Notes under the pieces: model-generated
What the model saw: only the letters and a program-made list of their open reading frames with translations
Told to the model about the DNA's origin: nothing
Databases searched by the model: none
Virus record (IMG/VR): IMGVR_UViG_3300032038_000015
Location: 67,992-131,991 of that record
Origin: a virus
Lineage: Duplodnaviria > Caudoviricetes
Direction: 5' to 3' (one strand)
Length of the DNA: 64,000 bases
In this document: positions 28,739-40,244 of the stretch, piece after piece
Layout of the letters: each line of letters starts with the position of its first letter
Position numbering within the stretch: position 1 is the first letter of the stretch
Program-made: the position numbers and the translations under genes

Positions 28739-28936
28739 TTACTTGTATCCTAAAACACTTCTTCTCATTTTATTGATTCTGTCAATTTTCCTTCCTTGAC
28801 GATTAATAAATTTAGCAAGTTTCTTTACTTCTGAATTGTGTTTAATATCTTCTTTAGAAAATTCCATTCTAAATGCGTCTACACAATCTCTTTGATACAT
28901 CATTAAATCTACCATTTTATTCTCCCACTCTTCCAT
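28739..28936 (-). CDS. Hypothetical protein
   Basis: ORF in operon orientation. Confidence 0.55.
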   Translation of the reverse strand: MEEWENKMVDLMMYQRDCVDAFRMEFSKEDIKHNSEVKKLAKFINRQGRKIDRINKMRRSVLGYK

Positions 28937-29136
28937 GTTTTCTTTCTTGTCTTGTTGTCAATAATGGCGATAATTATCAACACAATAACCGTAAGTAAAA
29001 TATCAATCCATAATGGGCACAATACCCATAACCAAGACCAATTAATAACACCTACTAATTTGAGTACAACAAATACAATTGTTAACACTCCGCAAATTCC
29101 AATACCTGAACTACTACTATTTCTGTTTGAACTCAT
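28909..29136 (-). CDS. Small membrane protein
   Basis: GIG..LTIVFVVLKL.GVINWSWLWVL.PLWI, a common phage family. RBS AAGGAGG before ATG 29136. Confidence 0.75.
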   Translation of the reverse strand: MSSNRNSSSSGIGICGVLTIVFVVLKLVGVINWSWLWVLCPLWIDILLTVIVLIIIAIIDNKTRKKTWKSGRIKW

Positions 29137-29287
29137 TTGTACCTCCTTAATTTTCACAAGAAATCCGTCTTTCCTTGGCTTTTTGAGTCTCTGAAACGCC
29201 CTATTTATGGGCATTCCAGGAATCCTCTACCTATTCTCTACAGTTGAGCTAATAAACTCTTAATTGGCTCTCTATTCATATATTCTC

Positions 29288-31561
29288 CTATTCGGCTTTC
29301 ATAAACATCTGAAGCATTGTTTTTCTATCGAAATTTTCCTTCTTTTTAAGTGAATTATTTACTGTACGAATCTCTCCAAGGTGATAACATTTTTCTTTTG
29401 CTCTACTTTCTCCTACATATAACAAATTGGAATTAAGCATATAGCTATGAGCCTTGGGTGTAATTAAAACAACCACCTTGAACTGACCACCCTGAGATTT
29501 GTGTGTACTGATGGCATAAGCCAATCGAATATTTTTCATAGAACTTTTTGGGATATAGATAAGTGTTCCATCATAATCAACAACCATTGCATCTTTTAGA
29601 ATTTTTACAACTCTACCAGATTCACCATTAGCAATAAATGTTGTATTTTTATCATCAATATATTCCTCATTATAGATAATTGCTTTGTAATCATTAGCAT
29701 AGTTCATTACAATGTCATTCAATCTGAATTCTGTATCTCCAAATGTAATTTTCGCCTTTGGATTAGAATTAACTGCGTTTTGTATCTTCTTATTTAATGC
29801 TACTGTTCCATAATCGCCTACGTTATAGCAAGATAATACTGCGATATCATCAACAGAATATCCTTTTGATAATAATGTCTGATAAAGTTTTACAGTATAT
29901 CCAACAAGTTTATCTTGAAGAATCGGCATAAATATATATGACTGATCTTCGCCAAACACTTGCATACCTGTTTTGGTCTTATCTAAATATTCAGTACCAG
30001 TTCGTGTATCTGTAGCAACAGTAGATAAACCACCTTTACCATAACGAAATACCTTATCAAGCGTGATAGTAGGAATATCCTCGCATTTCAACAAATCATA
30101 AAGTACATTACCAGCACCAACAGAAGGAATCTGTGCATCATCACCAATAAGAAGTAATTTTGTTTTTTCAAAATCTATAGCTTCAAGCAATTTTCTGAAA
30201 AGAAAAATATCTACCATTGAAAACTCATCCACAATTACTACATCGTATGGTAATTTATTCTCTTCATTAAATCCCCAATCAGCAGGTGGCATATACATAA
30301 GACCTCTATGAATTGTCATAGCATTTTCATTTGTAAAACCTGACAGTACCTTTGCAGCTCTACCAGTTGGTGCTAAAAGTAAATGTCTTTTGTTATAAGC
30401 ATTTAACATATTTACAAATGCCTGTGTACTTGAAGATTTACCACTACCACCATATCCAACAAGAAGAACAATGTTATTTTCACACATATATTGTGATGTT
30501 TTACACTGATTCTCAGTTAGTTTAAAACCATCAAGTTCCTGAAACTTTGAACAATCATACTCCCATTTTGTATGTATCTGTAACCCTTCTTTTATTCTCT
30601 CTGCTATATATTTCTCTGTTTCATATGTTTCTTTCTTACATACACTTAATAATTCTCTATCGAATATTACATCATTATCACCTTTAAGAATAAGTGGCAA
30701 ATTGCTTTTTGCTTCTGGTACTAATACATCAAACTGTTTCTTTAAATCACCAACATGCATATATGTATTACCATTATTTTCATTCTCATCAAGTAGATAA
30801 TCTACACAAGCTTTTGCTCTCTGATATGATGTTATAAGATCAAATCCAAAGAATAAAACTGGCTTTTTCCCATTCTTTTGACATTCTTTACCATCCTTAT
30901 CCAATGTCAACAATAGGGAATCAGCAGTTTTAAAACCAATCCCTCCTAACCTACAAAGACACTGATATGGTTCTTCTCTAATAACTTCCTTGATTTTGTC
31001 AACAGAAGTATATTTGTCATATAGTTTTTTTACTGTTGAAAGATTAAATAATCCTCTGAATTCTTCTACAATTTCAGCCAATTTAAAATTCTCTATGACT
31101 TTATTCTTAATAACATTGAATGTATAATCTTTGATACCTTTTGTTCTTGATAAATCAATGTCATCTAATCTGTTATTCATTATTCTATCTACAATGTCTG
31201 GATATGCTTCTAATAACACATCTGTCTGATTTGGTGTAAGAATTTCATATAAGAAATTTCGTGTCGCAGCTAATGTAGTAGGTTTCTCTCTTTTAATATT
31301 GATTACATCGTATCCGACTCCATGAGAATCGGATACCTCCTTTGCTTTTACAATGTAATCAACTCCAAGATTGAGTTCTGAAATATTACCTTTAATAGTT
31401 ACATTATTGTATTTGTTGATTTTGACATCAGGATATTTAAAACTATTAATAGAACATCCATATATTTTAAATTCTGCTGAATTATACACAGGTTTTTCAG
31501 GTACACATGTAAATTCAAATACTTTGTCCAACTTTACATCTCCTTTTAATATACGTCCCAC
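29288..31561 (-). CDS. recD: RecD2-like SF1B helicase
   Basis: GIGFKTAD HhH, GYGGSGKS, APTGRAA, VDEFSMVD, GDDAQIPSVGAG, AYAISTHKSQG. Confidence 0.9.
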   Translation of the reverse strand: MGRILKGDVKLDKVFEFTCVPEKPVYNSAEFKIYGCSINSFKYPDVKINKYNNVTIKGNISELNLGVDYIVKAKEVSDSHGVGYDVINIKREKPTTLAATRNFLYEILTPNQTDVLLEAYPDIVDRIMNNRLDDIDLSRTKGIKDYTFNVIKNKVIENFKLAEIVEEFRGLFNLSTVKKLYDKYTSVDKIKEVIREEPYQCLCRLGGIGFKTADSLLLTLDKDGKECQKNGKKPVLFFGFDLITSYQRAKACVDYLLDENENNGNTYMHVGDLKKQFDVLVPEAKSNLPLILKGDNDVIFDRELLSVCKKETYETEKYIAERIKEGLQIHTKWEYDCSKFQELDGFKLTENQCKTSQYMCENNIVLLVGYGGSGKSSSTQAFVNMLNAYNKRHLLLAPTGRAAKVLSGFTNENAMTIHRGLMYMPPADWGFNEENKLPYDVVIVDEFSMVDIFLFRKLLEAIDFEKTKLLLIGDDAQIPSVGAGNVLYDLLKCEDIPTITLDKVFRYGKGGLSTVATDTRTGTEYLDKTKTGMQVFGEDQSYIFMPILQDKLVGYTVKLYQTLLSKGYSVDDIAVLSCYNVGDYGTVALNKKIQNAVNSNPKAKITFGDTEFRLNDIVMNYANDYKAIIYNEEYIDDKNTTFIANGESGRVVKILKDAMVVDYDGTLIYIPKSSMKNIRLAYAISTHKSQGGQFKVVVLITPKAHSYMLNSNLLYVGESRAKEKCYHLGEIRTVNNSLKKKENFDRKTMLQMFMKAE

Positions 31562-34500
31562 TTCTTTACTATTCTCTCTTTTTCATCTGTTTTAATCCAA
31601 TCGCCACCAACCTTCTTCATTTTATTTCTCTCACCAAATTCTTTTACATTGATGACATTACCTGCTATAAATGGAGATTCAATGAATGACTTTCCAGAAG
31701 TGATTTTTGTTTTAAGATACTCACCATCTCTCATGTTATAAAGCATAAGGTATGGTTTTGTTTTATCCTTATAGAATTTACATTCAAGCACATAATACAT
31801 ATCTTTTGGTGCTTTTGGATTTGAATATATAATGTATTCAAGATATTCTTGTTCATACTTAATCTGTTCCTTAATGGATAATGGCTTGTCTTCAATCTTC
31901 TTAGACATCTTTTCAACATACCTATCCATGTGTAAATCTTTATACATTTTTTGTGTTTCGTTATCATAACATCCTTCAAACTCATTCAAATCTATACCTA
32001 ATACTTCAACATCTGCTTTCTTGATTTGTTTTCTGTCATAGAACTTTTCAAACATTTCAATAATTTGAAGTAGTTTTTTGTTAGAACCATAATCTGAAAA
32101 GAAATTTAATATAGTAAGTATCTGTAACTGTCTTGAATTTACAGATGTTTTTGTTTTAATATCTTTGATAACATCTACGAAATTTTTATATGTATTGTTT
32201 TTACCCAATTCATACAGTTCATTCGCAATAACTTCATTACAATATTTAATAGAAGAAATTGACTTATAAATCGTGTTGGTATTTTTATCAAAGGTGTATT
32301 CACTCTTAGATTTACCAAACTTAATATTCTCTAAATGAATACCGAAATAATCTAACTCTGCAATAATACGACTTGTCTTTTCATTGTCAGACTGATATTC
32401 ATTCAAAACAGTTGTGAAGTATTCTAATGGATGATGCTCTTTTGCTTCTGCTCCATATATACTGTCATAAGCTACTGAAACGGCATGAGCTGCATTGAAA
32501 CTGTATCGTGCAGCGTCATCTACAACTTGCCATACTTCATCAAAGCCTTCTTCTGTACCAAGTTTTGCTTTATAACCTAGTAACAGTTCTTGTCTCAATT
32601 CTTCTTTAGCTTCAGGTGTAAACTTCTTTTTACTGATTTTCTTGATAATGTCATATGTATGATCTTCTTTCATACCACACCAAACTAAGAAAGCCATAAT
32701 AGATTCTTGATACAACATAAAGTGATAACTTGGTTGTAGAATCTCATCAATTTCTGTAACGCCTGTACTATAAGGTTCTCTATCAAGAAATGTATTTACC
32801 AAACTTGCAAATCCTGGTCTAATCGCAGCCACAAATGCACTCATCTCTGCATCCGTTTGTGGTTTATAACGCTTTAGCATTGATGTTGAAATATCTGTAT
32901 CTGCCTGATTTAATGTTGCTGTCATACCATCTTCGTATAATTTCCAAGTCCTATTATCTACCTTTTGCAGTAACTCTCGGATATTTGGAATAGGTTGACC
33001 AATCATCTTGTAGAAATCAGAAATTATCTTCCACACCTTTACAGTTAAGTAGTCATTCTTCAAAAACTTCCACACATCAGACGTATAACCATCAATACAA
33101 GCACACAGTTCATTACCTACTCGAATTAAGCCTAATTCTCTTGATAATGGCTTGTTGGAAAGAACAAAACTACAAGGTGATGGTGAAACACTTTCGATTG
33201 TTCCAATATATTTTTGTGCTTCATCAATAATAGGTTTCCATTTTTTATCTGTTCTAAATGCATCCAGATTTTTTCCAACTTCATTATATTCGTCCATTGG
33301 AATTTCATAAGCTCTACATAGATTTCTGAATGCAGATGATTCTTTCATAGTTCCAAGAGCATACATATAATAAATACCATCTTCACCTAACAATTCTTTT
33401 GAAGCTGCAATTGGTGCGGAAACATCAGCCCAGTTTTGGTCAATATCTGGTAATGATCGTGTTTCAAGAATTCTTGCCGTACTCATAAATCGTGTTGGAT
33501 ATAATGGAACAGGTGCTTCAAATCTATCTATTTCGGTAAAACCAAGCAACTTATTAATATAGAAGGAAACTGCTGAACCTCTACCTGTTCTTGATAAAAC
33601 ACCACCGTATTTTTCTTTTGCTAACTCAACCATTTTCTCATTAAACAAGAAGTAATCTGCCATCTGAGTATCTTTTACAATCTTATATTCAAAAGCAATA
33701 CCATTCTGATACTCTTGCCAACGTGACTTATCTACGTTTACTTTCTCCTTGTTCCATTTTTCTGATAAGTGTTTTGCAAGTTCTTTATCCTTTTCTTCTT
33801 GCGTATAATTAGGATAGATTGTTGGCATTTTAATCTCTTTATTAAAATGTAATTCCTCACATTCATCAAAGATTAATGTGTTATCCATTGCTTCTTTGAT
33901 TTGCCAATCGGATAATAACCCTTGTTTTTTATATCTTTCAACGACAGTATCATAATCAGGAAAATCAAGAACAAAACTGTCTTCATCACCATAGTTAATG
34001 CCTTTACCCTTTAAGAATTTCACTCTATCCTTTGCTTGTTCTGGATAAATATAATGACTATCGTTTGCATGAATAATCTGCATATTATAGTGTTGTTTTA
34101 ACATCAACATATTTCTGTTATGATTTATCTGAATATCAAATGGATGATTCTGTACTTCTAAATAAAAGTTGTTACCAAAATGACTATATACTGCTTCAAA
34201 TAATGTTTTCATATCATCGCTTGGTCTTAAAATTCCACCAACACAAGCAGATGTAATAAAGAAATTATTTGGGTTTAATCTCTTAATCAATTCAATATCA
34301 ATTCTTGGCTTATAATAGAAACCACTTCTATTACTTTCAGACATAATCTCATTTAATTCGTAAAAACCATCTTGATTTTTTGCAATAATTACAATATGAT
34401 AATTTGAATTATCTTTAAGAGTTCTATCTTTTACCATATATAATTCGGCACCATATATCATTTTTAATCCATTTTTTTTACATAAATCATATGCTTCAAG

Positions 34501-34653
34501 GAACTTTCCAGTCCATCCGTGTTGGGTTGTAAAATAATTCTTACAACCCAATTCAAGACTTCTTGCAATATAATCTGTATTTTTAACTACACAATCCAAT
34601 GTCATAATATTTGATTCGTGATCGTGTTTATGATAATTTTCATATCTCTTCAT
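31546..34653 (-). CDS. dnaE: DNA polymerase III alpha subunit
   Basis: PHP domain (HKH, NDSHY), GRGSA, LPDID, YQE, YSFNAAHA. Confidence 0.95.
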   Translation of the reverse strand: MKRYENYHKHDHESNIMTLDCVVKNTDYIARSLELGCKNYFTTQHGWTGKFLEAYDLCKKNGLKMIYGAELYMVKDRTLKDNSNYHIVIIAKNQDGFYELNEIMSESNRSGFYYKPRIDIELIKRLNPNNFFITSACVGGILRPSDDMKTLFEAVYSHFGNNFYLEVQNHPFDIQINHNRNMLMLKQHYNMQIIHANDSHYIYPEQAKDRVKFLKGKGINYGDEDSFVLDFPDYDTVVERYKKQGLLSDWQIKEAMDNTLIFDECEELHFNKEIKMPTIYPNYTQEEKDKELAKHLSEKWNKEKVNVDKSRWQEYQNGIAFEYKIVKDTQMADYFLFNEKMVELAKEKYGGVLSRTGRGSAVSFYINKLLGFTEIDRFEAPVPLYPTRFMSTARILETRSLPDIDQNWADVSAPIAASKELLGEDGIYYMYALGTMKESSAFRNLCRAYEIPMDEYNEVGKNLDAFRTDKKWKPIIDEAQKYIGTIESVSPSPCSFVLSNKPLSRELGLIRVGNELCACIDGYTSDVWKFLKNDYLTVKVWKIISDFYKMIGQPIPNIRELLQKVDNRTWKLYEDGMTATLNQADTDISTSMLKRYKPQTDAEMSAFVAAIRPGFASLVNTFLDREPYSTGVTEIDEILQPSYHFMLYQESIMAFLVWCGMKEDHTYDIIKKISKKKFTPEAKEELRQELLLGYKAKLGTEEGFDEVWQVVDDAARYSFNAAHAVSVAYDSIYGAEAKEHHPLEYFTTVLNEYQSDNEKTSRIIAELDYFGIHLENIKFGKSKSEYTFDKNTNTIYKSISSIKYCNEVIANELYELGKNNTYKNFVDVIKDIKTKTSVNSRQLQILTILNFFSDYGSNKKLLQIIEMFEKFYDRKQIKKADVEVLGIDLNEFEGCYDNETQKMYKDLHMDRYVEKMSKKIEDKPLSIKEQIKYEQEYLEYIIYSNPKAPKDMYYVLECKFYKDKTKPYLMLYNMRDGEYLKTKITSGKSFIESPFIAGNVINVKEFGERNKMKKVGGDWIKTDEKERIVKKWDVY

Positions 34654-34736
34654 ATTTTTTATACCTTTTCAATATTTTATCTATTATCAATCCATTATGC
34701 TTCTATGATATTATTCTCTTATCGGAGGTGATATCT

Positions 34737-34889
34737 ATGGCAGTTGGTGAAGATAAAGTAAGAACTAGCATTACTTTTCCAAAAGAACTTAAATCAGAAT
34801 TGGAAGAGATTGCTAAGAAAGATGGTAGGTCATTCAATAACCTTGTAATTAAAGTCTTAAATGATTTTGTTGAGAGTCAGGAAAAATAA
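34737..34889 (+). CDS. Ribbon-helix-helix (Arc/CopG-like) regulator
   Basis: RTSITFPKELKSELEEIAKKDGRSFNNLV. RBS GGAGGTG and a hairpin overlapping the stop. Confidence 0.8.
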   Translation: MAVGEDKVRTSITFPKELKSELEEIAKKDGRSFNNLVIKVLNDFVESQEK

Positions 34890-34903
34890 TTCCTGGCTCT
34901 TTT

Positions 34904-36067
34904 TTATAAGCTATTCACGAATGCTAATAAATCATCATCATCATTCTCATCTGCTTCTTGTTCTTTAAATAACTCTTTATCTTTTAAGAATTTATCTAAA
35001 GGTTTGTGTAATTTTCTTGAATACCCACATAAATTCTGTAATCTAAATTCATCGGCATCTGTTACTTCTTGCCAAAAGATATTTTCATCTTCACTATCCT
35101 TATATTCTCTCTCTTTAGAGTTAATTTCTTCGACTGTATTGATAATGTCTTTTTTTAAATCATTAATCTTTTCTTCTGTTAGAGACACTTGTACATAACA
35201 ATCATGGATTTCAAATTTTTCTCTAACCTCATCTGGTAAGCAATCAATATTGTTGTTTAACACCATCTCATCAACATATTTATCAATATCATCTTCATAT
35301 CCGAAATTTTTCAACCACATCTTTGCCGTATTAATAAGACTTTCGCCTATAGAATTTCTTTCTATATATCTATCTTTTTTCTTACCATTTTTCTGTTCAA
35401 TGGTAACTGTGACATATTTTAAGAAATTCCATTCGCATACAATATCTTCCAATGGAATATTTAATGCTTGTCTAATGCCTTCAGCATAAATAACCAACTG
35501 ACCACATTCAGCGTCAATTTTTGCGCCTTGATAACGTGTAGATGTCTTCCAATCTACAATATGTACACGTTTTTTCTCATTGCCATTTTCGTCTTTGTAT
35601 GACTCGACATAAAGCATATCAATATATCCTTGCATATAAATATCATCAGAAATTTTAATCGTAATAAAATGCTCAACTTTATGTGGAAAAGTAATCAGAT
35701 TATGATTTTTAAAGAAATGTCTAATGCAATTTTCATATTTATTTGCTATTGCATCATTTTTATCAGAATCACTGCGATTGTATTTGAGTTCTGCACAATT
35801 CATTGTAAATAAGCTATCTTCATACAAATCTGGCATATCCTCATATTTAATTTTTCCAGTATATAGCTGCTCAATAATATCATGTACATTACCACCAGAT
35901 ACACAATAAATACTATTTGTTCTATCTTCTTTCTTGTGTAGGATATATTTCAAAAAATATTCCCACCTATCTTGTTTGTAACAATGGTATCTACTCCATG
36001 ACCATAAAGTATCAATACCAAATTTGTTACAAATTTCTGTTAATTCTTTACTTGTCTTTCTTGCCAA
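34904..36067 (-). CDS. PD-(D/E)xK exonuclease (RecB/Cas4-like)
   Basis: SWSR, GGNVH, QGYID, IVDWKTS, QLVIY. Confidence 0.8.
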   Translation of the reverse strand: MARKTSKELTEICNKFGIDTLWSWSRYHCYKQDRWEYFLKYILHKKEDRTNSIYCVSGGNVHDIIEQLYTGKIKYEDMPDLYEDSLFTMNCAELKYNRSDSDKNDAIANKYENCIRHFFKNHNLITFPHKVEHFITIKISDDIYMQGYIDMLYVESYKDENGNEKKRVHIVDWKTSTRYQGAKIDAECGQLVIYAEGIRQALNIPLEDIVCEWNFLKYVTVTIEQKNGKKKDRYIERNSIGESLINTAKMWLKNFGYEDDIDKYVDEMVLNNNIDCLPDEVREKFEIHDCYVQVSLTEEKINDLKKDIINTVEEINSKEREYKDSEDENIFWQEVTDADEFRLQNLCGYSRKLHKPLDKFLKDKELFKEQEADENDDDDLLAFVNSL

Positions 36068-37116
36068 TCTCTTAACTTTCTCCTTTCTGACTCATCATAT
36101 AAAACACGATGCTTGAGAAGGAAGTTATATACTTTATTTGGCATATCAGCAGGACTATCTTTACTACCTTTCTTAATCAAATCCCAACGATCATATATGT
36201 AACTTACTTTTCTAATAGGATAAAATTTATCACATTCCTGTCTAATATGGTTTATATCAATTCCTTCATCTAAAGCCACTACAATTTCTACATTTAAACT
36301 AATCAGTATCCTAACTTGTTCTTCTGTAAGTTCACAATTTCCTATTGCAACAGCCGTACCATCTTTTCGTGAATACCTTTTAAGCACCGATTTCTGCGCT
36401 TCCAAAACGACTGCATAACCAGCCTCTTGAATTGTTTGATAATTCTCATTTAATCCATATACATTCATTCCTTTTGGATATGTTTTGGATAGTTTAAAAA
36501 ATTTAGGAATATCAAACATCTCATAATTCGGTACAGTAGTTCTTCCACTAATACCTATATATTCATTGTCATCCCCATCCCACTTACGTTCAGGAATAAC
36601 AATTCTTTTTCTATCATATGAATATCCAATATTAAATCTTTTACAAGCGAACGGAAGTACACCTTCTCGAATCCACCCAATATAAGGCAAATCAGTATAT
36701 TCTTTCATACATGAATCATCATACACTGGAATATCTTTATCAATTGTGTATCTTTGGCGTTTCACCTTTTTGAAGATTGCCAATGGATCTTTCTTATTAT
36801 CTTTGTTTTCACTCTTACTATATGAATATTTCAAACCTAAAATATTGTGGAGATATTTATTAGCTTTTCCAAAAGATATACCTTTTATTGTCATAACCAA
36901 TGTAAAAATATCTCCACGCTTATTTTCTTCCGAACTTCTAATCGCCACTGATAATGTATCTTTCTTTACACATATAGCAGTTTTATTATTGCCTTGTGGC
37001 AAGGCGGCTCTCCACTCATGAAGATATTCGTGTAGTCCATGACACTCCAACGATAATAAAATCTGTTCTATACAATTATTCTCTATAATGTATTCTTTTA
37101 GTTCATCTGCATTAAT
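36040..37116 (-). CDS. DNA primase (Toprim), probable ATT start
   Basis: GDIFTLV, RIVIP, GISGR, VLEA.KS, ALDEG. Downstream of the helicase. Frame open to ATT 37116 after an RBS. Confidence 0.8.
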   Translation of the reverse strand: MNADELKEYIIENNCIEQILLSLECHGLHEYLHEWRAALPQGNNKTAICVKKDTLSVAIRSSEENKRGDIFTLVMTIKGISFGKANKYLHNILGLKYSYSKSENKDNKKDPLAIFKKVKRQRYTIDKDIPVYDDSCMKEYTDLPYIGWIREGVLPFACKRFNIGYSYDRKRIVIPERKWDGDDNEYIGISGRTTVPNYEMFDIPKFFKLSKTYPKGMNVYGLNENYQTIQEAGYAVVLEAQKSVLKRYSRKDGTAVAIGNCELTEEQVRILISLNVEIVVALDEGIDINHIRQECDKFYPIRKVSYIYDRWDLIKKGSKDSPADMPNKVYNFLLKHRVLYDESERRKLRDWQERQVKN

Positions 37117-37142
37117 ACACGCTCACCGCCTCCATCACAAAT

Positions 37143-38651
37143 TTAAAAATCAACTGGGACAGAAGTAAAACCAACTTCTTTCAGTATGTTTCTACTCATA
37201 TCATGCTCACATACAATCTGTATACTACTTGCAGCACCCTCACGGTTTTTACAAATGAATATAAGCTGATAATGTTTGTCTTTGTCCAGTTTGACAGGTA
37301 TTTTTGATTTATTGTTTTTTCCATCAAATCTATATACCTTTAAAGCATTTTTCTCACCTGTGTACTCATCTTCAAATACATCTCTCAGCATTAAACATGT
37401 ACTTGCAGGGTCGACAATACTTTTTGCCATACCAATATTATCTTGACTATAAAATCTCTGACGTGCTGAAGATTTTGCCAACTGGAATGTAATAGTTACA
37501 TGAATTTCCAAGCCACCCTCTTCTTTACACTTCACAGTATCGTAAATATCAACCATATTCTGTTGCATATCTAACCACATCTTGTCGGAACGACTACCTG
37601 AATCGGCTTTATATGTATCAAGAATGAAATACTTAACACCAAGGTTTGCATATTTCTTTAGAACTTTTATGAATTTCTGAGTTTTGTATCTTTTGAATGG
37701 AACTATTATAAGCATGTTATTCTCAGCCTTTTCAGTAATCCAATCTGCACACTTTCTTAACAAATCTTTAACTTCGCTAGAATATTTACCATCTCTAACA
37801 ACGAATTTTTGCAAATCTTGTTTGTAAATATTATTCGCAGTCCACACCAACAATTCTCTCTGCCATTTCTTTTTCCCCTCTTCGTTGACACAAATAACAA
37901 GTCTTTCTTCATATTTTATTGTGCTTGGAATCAACATTGATCTTGTTAGTGTAGTTTTGCCCATATTAGATAATCCACCAATCAATGTAATATTACCAGG
38001 TAACTGACCACCAGTTTCTTTATTAAGAATATCCATATTATTGTATGGAAGTCCAACTGCTGCACCAGCATCTAATTCATCAATTAAATCATAAATGCCA
38101 TCAGCTAATGAATATGACTGTACATCATCATCTGCATTGATGAAAATATGATTTAACATTGCTTCATATTCTTCATATATTTCATCTAAAGACATATCAC
38201 AGAATTCATTGATACGATTATTTACAGGGAATCCATTTTTTAACATCTCCAAAACTGTTTTCCACTTGTATAGCTCTTTGACATACCCATCCATATTGTT
38301 GATGTTTACATACTCTTTGGCTTTATCAATCGTTTCATATCCACCATAATCCTCATATTCCTTTTTGAGTTTTTGATGCTTTTCAAGATATAAACCAACA
38401 GTCATATCATCCAATACTGATTTCTTTTCTACTACAATAATGTCATTTGCAATCTGCCAATAGACTCGCCATGTATTTTCACTAAAATCTTCAAGCTGCA
38501 ATGTATAATCAAAAATTAATTCTGGTTGTTTATATAAAATAGCAACTATATTAGCTTCTGCTATTATTTTGTATTCTCGAATCTGTTTTGCACATTTTAA
38601 TACTTCTTCCTGATAAGGAGTTAATTTTTTATTCTCTTTTTTCTCAGCCAA
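37143..38651 (-). CDS. DnaB-like replicative helicase
   Basis: Walker A GLSNMGKTT, ILDT, TFQL, KNREG. Confidence 0.85.
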   Translation of the reverse strand: MAEKKENKKLTPYQEEVLKCAKQIREYKIIAEANIVAILYKQPELIFDYTLQLEDFSENTWRVYWQIANDIIVVEKKSVLDDMTVGLYLEKHQKLKKEYEDYGGYETIDKAKEYVNINNMDGYVKELYKWKTVLEMLKNGFPVNNRINEFCDMSLDEIYEEYEAMLNHIFINADDDVQSYSLADGIYDLIDELDAGAAVGLPYNNMDILNKETGGQLPGNITLIGGLSNMGKTTLTRSMLIPSTIKYEERLVICVNEEGKKKWQRELLVWTANNIYKQDLQKFVVRDGKYSSEVKDLLRKCADWITEKAENNMLIIVPFKRYKTQKFIKVLKKYANLGVKYFILDTYKADSGSRSDKMWLDMQQNMVDIYDTVKCKEEGGLEIHVTITFQLAKSSARQRFYSQDNIGMAKSIVDPASTCLMLRDVFEDEYTGEKNALKVYRFDGKNNKSKIPVKLDKDKHYQLIFICKNREGAASSIQIVCEHDMSRNILKEVGFTSVPVDF

Positions 38652-38662
38652 TTAGTACCTCC

Positions 38663-39121
38663 TCAAAACAGTTTCTTCATTCTGTCACTTGTCTCTTTAG
38701 TCTTTTTTACATATCCAGCATTCTCATTACTCTGATTATTAAAGTCTTTAGATTTAACTCTCTCCTCAGTCTTTTTAACATCCTGCAATCTCAAATATAC
38801 ATCGTTTATTTCAGGTTCAATCATTTTCATAATAAGATTGATTTTATGTTTTTCATCTTTGATTTTCTTTTCATTTTCATGTAAATATGTAACAATTTTT
38901 TTCTTACATAACTTAAAAGTACATAAAATGGTGTAATCATCATAATTAGCTTTTGCTTCATGATTATTATTCGCTATATGTTCGCCACGTTTAATACCTT
39001 GTAGCTTTAATGCGAGATACTGTGGAAATTTCATATTATCATCGTATTCAAGAATCTCTTTCTTTACATACTCACATAGTTCAATCCACTGCTCGTTATC
39101 TTTCTTTTTTATATTTCTCAT
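38663..39121 (-). CDS. Replication-module hypothetical protein
   Basis: Between AAA ATPase and helicase, as in SPbeta-like modules. Confidence 0.7.
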   Translation of the reverse strand: MRNIKKKDNEQWIELCEYVKKEILEYDDNMKFPQYLALKLQGIKRGEHIANNNHEAKANYDDYTILCTFKLCKKKIVTYLHENEKKIKDEKHKINLIMKMIEPEINDVYLRLQDVKKTEERVKSKDFNNQSNENAGYVKKTKETSDRMKKLF

Positions 39122-39184
39122 TTACCAAATCATCCTTTCTTAAAAACTCCAACAGGCAATTAACCTGTCGGAGCATAATTTTAA

Positions 39185-40162
39185 TTAGGCTAACTGTAAC
39201 TTGGCAAAATCAATTAACTCTGTAAGAGTATCTGGTGACTGCATTTCAAGATTCTTTAATGAAACATCCTTATCCTTCATCTGCTTGTTTACTTTGGGCA
39301 AAGCATCTTTATTATCCTTGAGTGACTTTAATACATCTTTAAATTCAGCAGCTAACTCTTCTGCCTTCTCAGCCTTGTCAACCATAGAATCTGTAGAAGT
39401 CTTTAAGTCATTCTTGTATGATGTCTCATTTGTCTCAAGATCATGCATTGACTCAAAATAATCCTTCCAAATATCATAAGATGGATTCTCAATAATCTGT
39501 CCAACCTTAGTTACATTTGTTCTATCCTTTTTAACCTTTGCAAAGTAACGAACATCCTCACCGTTCTCTTCCTTATAGAACTCAAGGATTGTATCATAAT
39601 CAAATTTAACTGACTTGTGCATATCAGGCTTAATGCCAACTAACTTACGGTTATCACCTGTTCCTTCATATACTTCTGTTGCCTGTGCAACTGACACAAC
39701 ATGCTTACCCTTTGCAGAAAGATCAATCTTAGCCTGCTGAAGCTTCATGTTAATAATCTTGATACGTCCCCACTGTCTCTGAGAAACTACTGTATCATCA
39801 ACATCTCCACCCTTTCTACGAGCTTTCTTCTCTTCAACTTCTGTAGCTCCAACCTGCATTGTTGCATAGAACTTAGTCTCTGAGTCGATGTCAAGTGTCT
39901 GAATCTCATCCGAATCTACTGCTTCGTCAATATCATCCTCTAAATCATCAAGATCTGATGTATCGTCTACTAAAATAAGATTGTTGTAAGTCTTGCCATT
40001 TGCCAATGTAATATCCTTACCCTCATAGTGAGCAATACCTGTCTCTGAGTCGATACATGCAACCTTTGGGAATGTAAGAGCAAACCATGACTTACCAGAA
40101 CCCTCATAACCATATGCTAAAAACTTTCCACCAATCTTTGCTTCTCTTGCTTTTCTAAACAT
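39185..40162 (-). CDS. AAA (Sak4-like) ATPase / recombination protein
   Basis: YGYEGSGKS, IDSETG, DIDS, KDRT. Confidence 0.8.
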   Translation of the reverse strand: MFRKAREAKIGGKFLAYGYEGSGKSWFALTFPKVACIDSETGIAHYEGKDITLANGKTYNNLILVDDTSDLDDLEDDIDEAVDSDEIQTLDIDSETKFYATMQVGATEVEEKKARRKGGDVDDTVVSQRQWGRIKIINMKLQQAKIDLSAKGKHVVSVAQATEVYEGTGDNRKLVGIKPDMHKSVKFDYDTILEFYKEENGEDVRYFAKVKKDRTNVTKVGQIIENPSYDIWKDYFESMHDLETNETSYKNDLKTSTDSMVDKAEKAEELAAEFKDVLKSLKDNKDALPKVNKQMKDKDVSLKNLEMQSPDTLTELIDFAKLQLA

Positions 40163-40244
40163 TTAGTGTCCTCCTTAAATTTCATAAATTATATTCTTTT
40201 GATAAAATGCTCACCCTGTATTAAACAGGGCAAGCGTATTTTTT